Shown here: positions 32,282 to 34,839 of the stretch, in pieces
Position numbering within the stretch: position 1 is the first letter of the stretch
How the letters are laid out: every line of letters starts with the position of its first letter
NCBI GenBank assembly: GCA_943349555.1
Contig: CALQZK010000001.1
Location: 1 to 34,839 of the forward strand
Direction of reading: 5' to 3'
Source: Candidatus Nomurabacteria bacterium
Lineage (GTDB): Bacteria; Patescibacteriota; Minisyncoccia; Phycocordibacterales; PALSA-1337
Length of the DNA stretch: 34,839 bases
The notes under the pieces: model-generated
What the model saw: only the letters and a program-made list of their open reading frames with translations
Told to the model about the DNA's origin: nothing
Database searches by the model: none
Position numbers and translations under genes: made by a program

Positions 32282-32503
32282 TTAGAGAGCCAATCCCATT
32301 AACAACATGAACCCGAGGATGGCTAGTACCACTGCCATTACGGCATACTGGGTAGCCCTCCACACTAATTTTCCTAATATCTTCCAGTTCTCCCAGCTGG
32401 AATTTTTTTCTAAGATTTCGTTGCATTTCGTCAGTAGAGTATTCAGTTCCCTGAATATTTCAACTCTCTGGCGCCGTCCATGATTAAAGACACGCATATT
32501 CAT
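32282..32503 (-). CDS. Small hypothetical protein with C-terminal TM
   Basis: 73-aa ORF with a hydrophobic C-terminus. No recognisable family. Confidence 0.4.
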   Translation of the reverse strand: MNMRVFNHGRRQRVEIFRELNTLLTKCNEILEKNSSWENWKILGKLVWRATQYAVMAVVLAILGFMLLMGLAL

Positions 32504-32737
32504 ACCATTACAATCCTATCACGTATAGGATAAATAGTCAATACCATCCTCTATTTTGTTCCGTTCATCCGGTCGAAGGCTCTATAGAGGCCTTCCACCT
32601 GTGCCCTTTCTCTCGCGGGCTGAGTGTTCACTTTTGAGATGTAGAACAATAATCTTTGCGCATTTCCCGCCTACTGGCGGTCAATGCAAATCGACGCGGT
32701 AAGATAATGATCTAAAAGATCAAAATCGTAGATTCAA

Positions 32738-34345
32738 TTTGAAATAATCCACGAGCAGCTTCCGCTACCCGTGCCTTGTTACGACTTACTCCCTGTTATT
32801 GAGCTTACCTTAGGCCGCAGTAAATGCGGATTTCGGGTACTCCCAACTCCCTTGAGTTGACGGGCGGTGAGTACAAGACTCGAGAACGTATTCACCGCAG
32901 TATAGCTGACCTGCGATTACTAGCGATTCCAACTTCATGGAGTCGAGTTTCAGACTCCAATCCGAACTGGGGCTATTTTTATGGATTTGCTCCACATTGC
33001 TGTCTTGCATCCCATTGTAATAGCCATTGTATCACGTGTGTAGCCCAGGGTATCAAAGGGACATGCTGATCTGGCGTCATCCTCCCCTTCCTCCCAGCCC
33101 GAAACGAACAACGTTCGTTTCGAAGTAGAAAGATAAAAGTAAAAAGTTTTAAAGTAAGGAAAAATTTGCAAAGCAAATTTTTCCCACTCCGTACTTTCAA
33201 CTCTCAACTTTCAACTCGAAACGCGTTCCGCGTTTTGGGCTGGGCAGTCTCGTGTGACACTTGTAACACACGATGAGGGTTTCGCTCGTTTCCCCACTTA
33301 AGGGAACAACTCAAGCCACGAGCTGACGACGACCATGCATCACCTGCTGAACAGTCTTGCGAGGGCTCCAGTTTCTTGGAGCTTTCAGTTCAGTTTCAAA
33401 CCCTGGTAAGGTTCTTCGTTTATCATCGAATTAAACCACATGATCCACCGCTTGTGCGAGTCCCCGTCTATTCCTTTGAGTTTTAATCTTGCGATCGTAT
33501 TTCCCAGGCGGTTCATTTAACGCGTTAGCTACGCCACACAGAGGGTCGATACTCCGTATAGCTAATGAACATCGTTTAGGGCATGGACTACTGGGGTATC
33601 TAATCCCATTCGCTACCCACGCTTTCGTGCCTCAGTGTCAATAATGTGCCAGTGTGCTGCCTTCGCATTTGGTGTTCCCCTAGATATCAACGGATTTCAC
33701 CCCTACACCTAGAGTTCCGCACACCTCTCACATATTCAAGCATTGCCGTTTCGTATGCCGCCCCCGGGTTGAGCCCGGGTCTTTGACATACGACTAACAA
33801 CGCCACCTACGCACCCTTTACGCCCAGTGATTCCGGATAACGCTTGAGGCCTCTGTATTACCGCTGCTGCTGGCACAGAGTTAGCAGCCTCTTATTCATG
33901 TGCTAACATCAATTACTTTCTCACACATAAAAGGTTTTTACACCCCGAAGGGCTTCATCAACCACGCGGCGTCGCTCCCTCACACTTTCGTGCATTGGGG
34001 AAGTTTCTTGACTGCAGCCACCCGTAGGTGTTTGGACCGTGTCGCAGTTCCAATGGTGGGGGTCAGCCTCTCAGCTCCCCTAGGCGTCATCGTCTTGGTA
34101 GGCCGTTACCCTACCAACTAACTGATACCTCGCAGGCCGTTCTAGAAGCGATAAATCTTTACTCTTTCGAGACCATCGTGTATTAGCCCACCTTTCGATG
34201 GGTTGTTCACGACTTCTAGGTACGTTCCCACGTGTTACTACCCCGTTTGCCACTGTTCATATATAAATATAAGAACCGTTTGACTTGCATGCCTTATCCA
34301 CGCCGCCAGCGTTCATCCTGAGCTAGGATCAAACTCTACTAAAGA
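32738..34345 (-). rRNA. rrs: 16S rRNA (ends approximate), with internal insertion
   Basis: AGAGTTTGATCCTAGCTCAG, GTGCCAGCAGCAGCGGTAA, ATTAGATACCC, AAACTCAAAGGAATAGACGG, AAGTCGTAACAAGG on the minus strand. Confidence 0.99.
33098..33239 (-). other. ~140-nt structured insertion in the 16S helix 40 loop
   Basis: Lies between GAGACTGCCCAG and CTGGGAGGAAGG, where a loop of only a few nt is normal. Several internal hairpins. Confidence 0.9.
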
Positions 34346-34577
34346 ATTCCGGAGAACATTGTTCTCGGTTTATTCTCATAGAACGAAACAAAAGAAATTA
34401 CAATCTCAATTTGTTTCGAACTTTAATTCTAATTACTATAACTGGTTTGTTATGGTTCGTATTATTTTCTGTTGACAAGGAGCTTACCCGGCTGCTGTCA
34501 GAATCATCTGGAGCAAAAGAAAACCTGATCTGGAGTCGTCCAGAGGAAAAGTTCTCTGCGTACCTGTAAGCTGGGAG

Positions 34578-34607
34578 ATTCTAGCAGAAAGGCTATAGAA
34601 CTGTCAA
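34578..34607 (-). promoter_or_regulatory. rRNA promoter
   Basis: TTGACA-18 bp-TAGAAT with TG extension, upstream of the 16S gene. Confidence 0.8.
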
Positions 34608-34612
34608 CCATC

Positions 34613-34621
34613 TGTGGATAA
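34613..34621 (-). promoter_or_regulatory. Consensus DnaA box
   Basis: TTATCCACA on the minus strand, 5 bp upstream of the rRNA -35. Confidence 0.55.
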
Positions 34622-34647
34622 TGAAAAAAGGCTTGAGAAATAAGGAC

Positions 34648-34688
34648 AAAAAAGGCCTAGGCTCGCAAGGTGAACCTAGACCTTTTTT
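34648..34688. terminator. Bidirectional intrinsic terminator-like hairpin
   Basis: A-tract, GGCCTAGG...CCTAGACC stem, T-tract. Confidence 0.6.
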
Positions 34689-34701
34689 GCTTGAGTTGCC
34701 A

Positions 34702-34838
34702 GTTACAAAATCTTTTCAAAGGGCTCAAGATGCGAGGCGCGGAGGCAGAAAATTTCGAGACGTATAATTATTACGGTGAGAAATTTTCTGCCGAACGCAA
34801 CAAAGCAGATTGGGTTCTTTTAAAAGATTTTAATTAAC
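34702..34838. repeat. Long imperfect palindrome, MITE/REP-like
   Basis: AAAATCTTTT...AAAAGATTTT outer arms, GGCAGAAAATTT/AAATTTTCTGCC inner arms, central CGTA...TACG hairpin. Confidence 0.65.
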
Positions 34839-34839
34839 C

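Noticed and set aside
32575..32620. Resemblance of AAAGGGCACAGGTGGA (minus strand) to the 23S rRNA 5' end
   Set aside because: Too short, part of a local hairpin, and no further 23S sequence follows.
32810..34121. ORFs inside the 16S gene, including those crossing the insertion
   Set aside because: Chance frames in rRNA with no homing-endonuclease motifs.
34613..34621. oriC
   Set aside because: One intergenic DnaA box only, with no cluster and no dnaA or dnaN nearby.

Overview
Chromosomal window from a reduced-genome bacterium, very probably Parcubacteria (Patescibacteria/CPR). This is inferred from the 16S rRNA: no anti-Shine-Dalgarno tail, shortened helices, and no linked 23S. Positions 1-~5120 are the right part of an island integrated at the 3' end of tRNA-Ser(GGA). 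It carries four AT-rich cargo genes (C39-like peptidase, two nucleotidyltransferases, GT2) and a large serine recombinase whose ORF ends inside the antisense tRNA. The island has an unusual architecture built around a ~500-bp hairpin-rich segment (3007-3506). One end of this segment is a perfect 133-bp inverted copy of the recombinase 3' end, continuing into an alternative C-terminus. The other end is a perfect >=102-bp inverted copy of the sequence at the window start. It looks like an intact attP junction sitting inverted inside the element. The rest is core genome: NUDIX, TPM, lemA, groEL/ES, secG, peptide-binding protein, rnj, MFS, glutaredoxin, eno, gpmA, DedA-PAP2, two-component genes, cyclophilin, DHH, ECF sigma, an LDT-S11 fusion and gatA. 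RNA genes include a tRNA-Thr(GGU) split by a 185-nt group I intron, three more tRNAs, and a solitary 16S rRNA with a ~140-nt structured insertion. Many genes appear to be transcribed leaderless.
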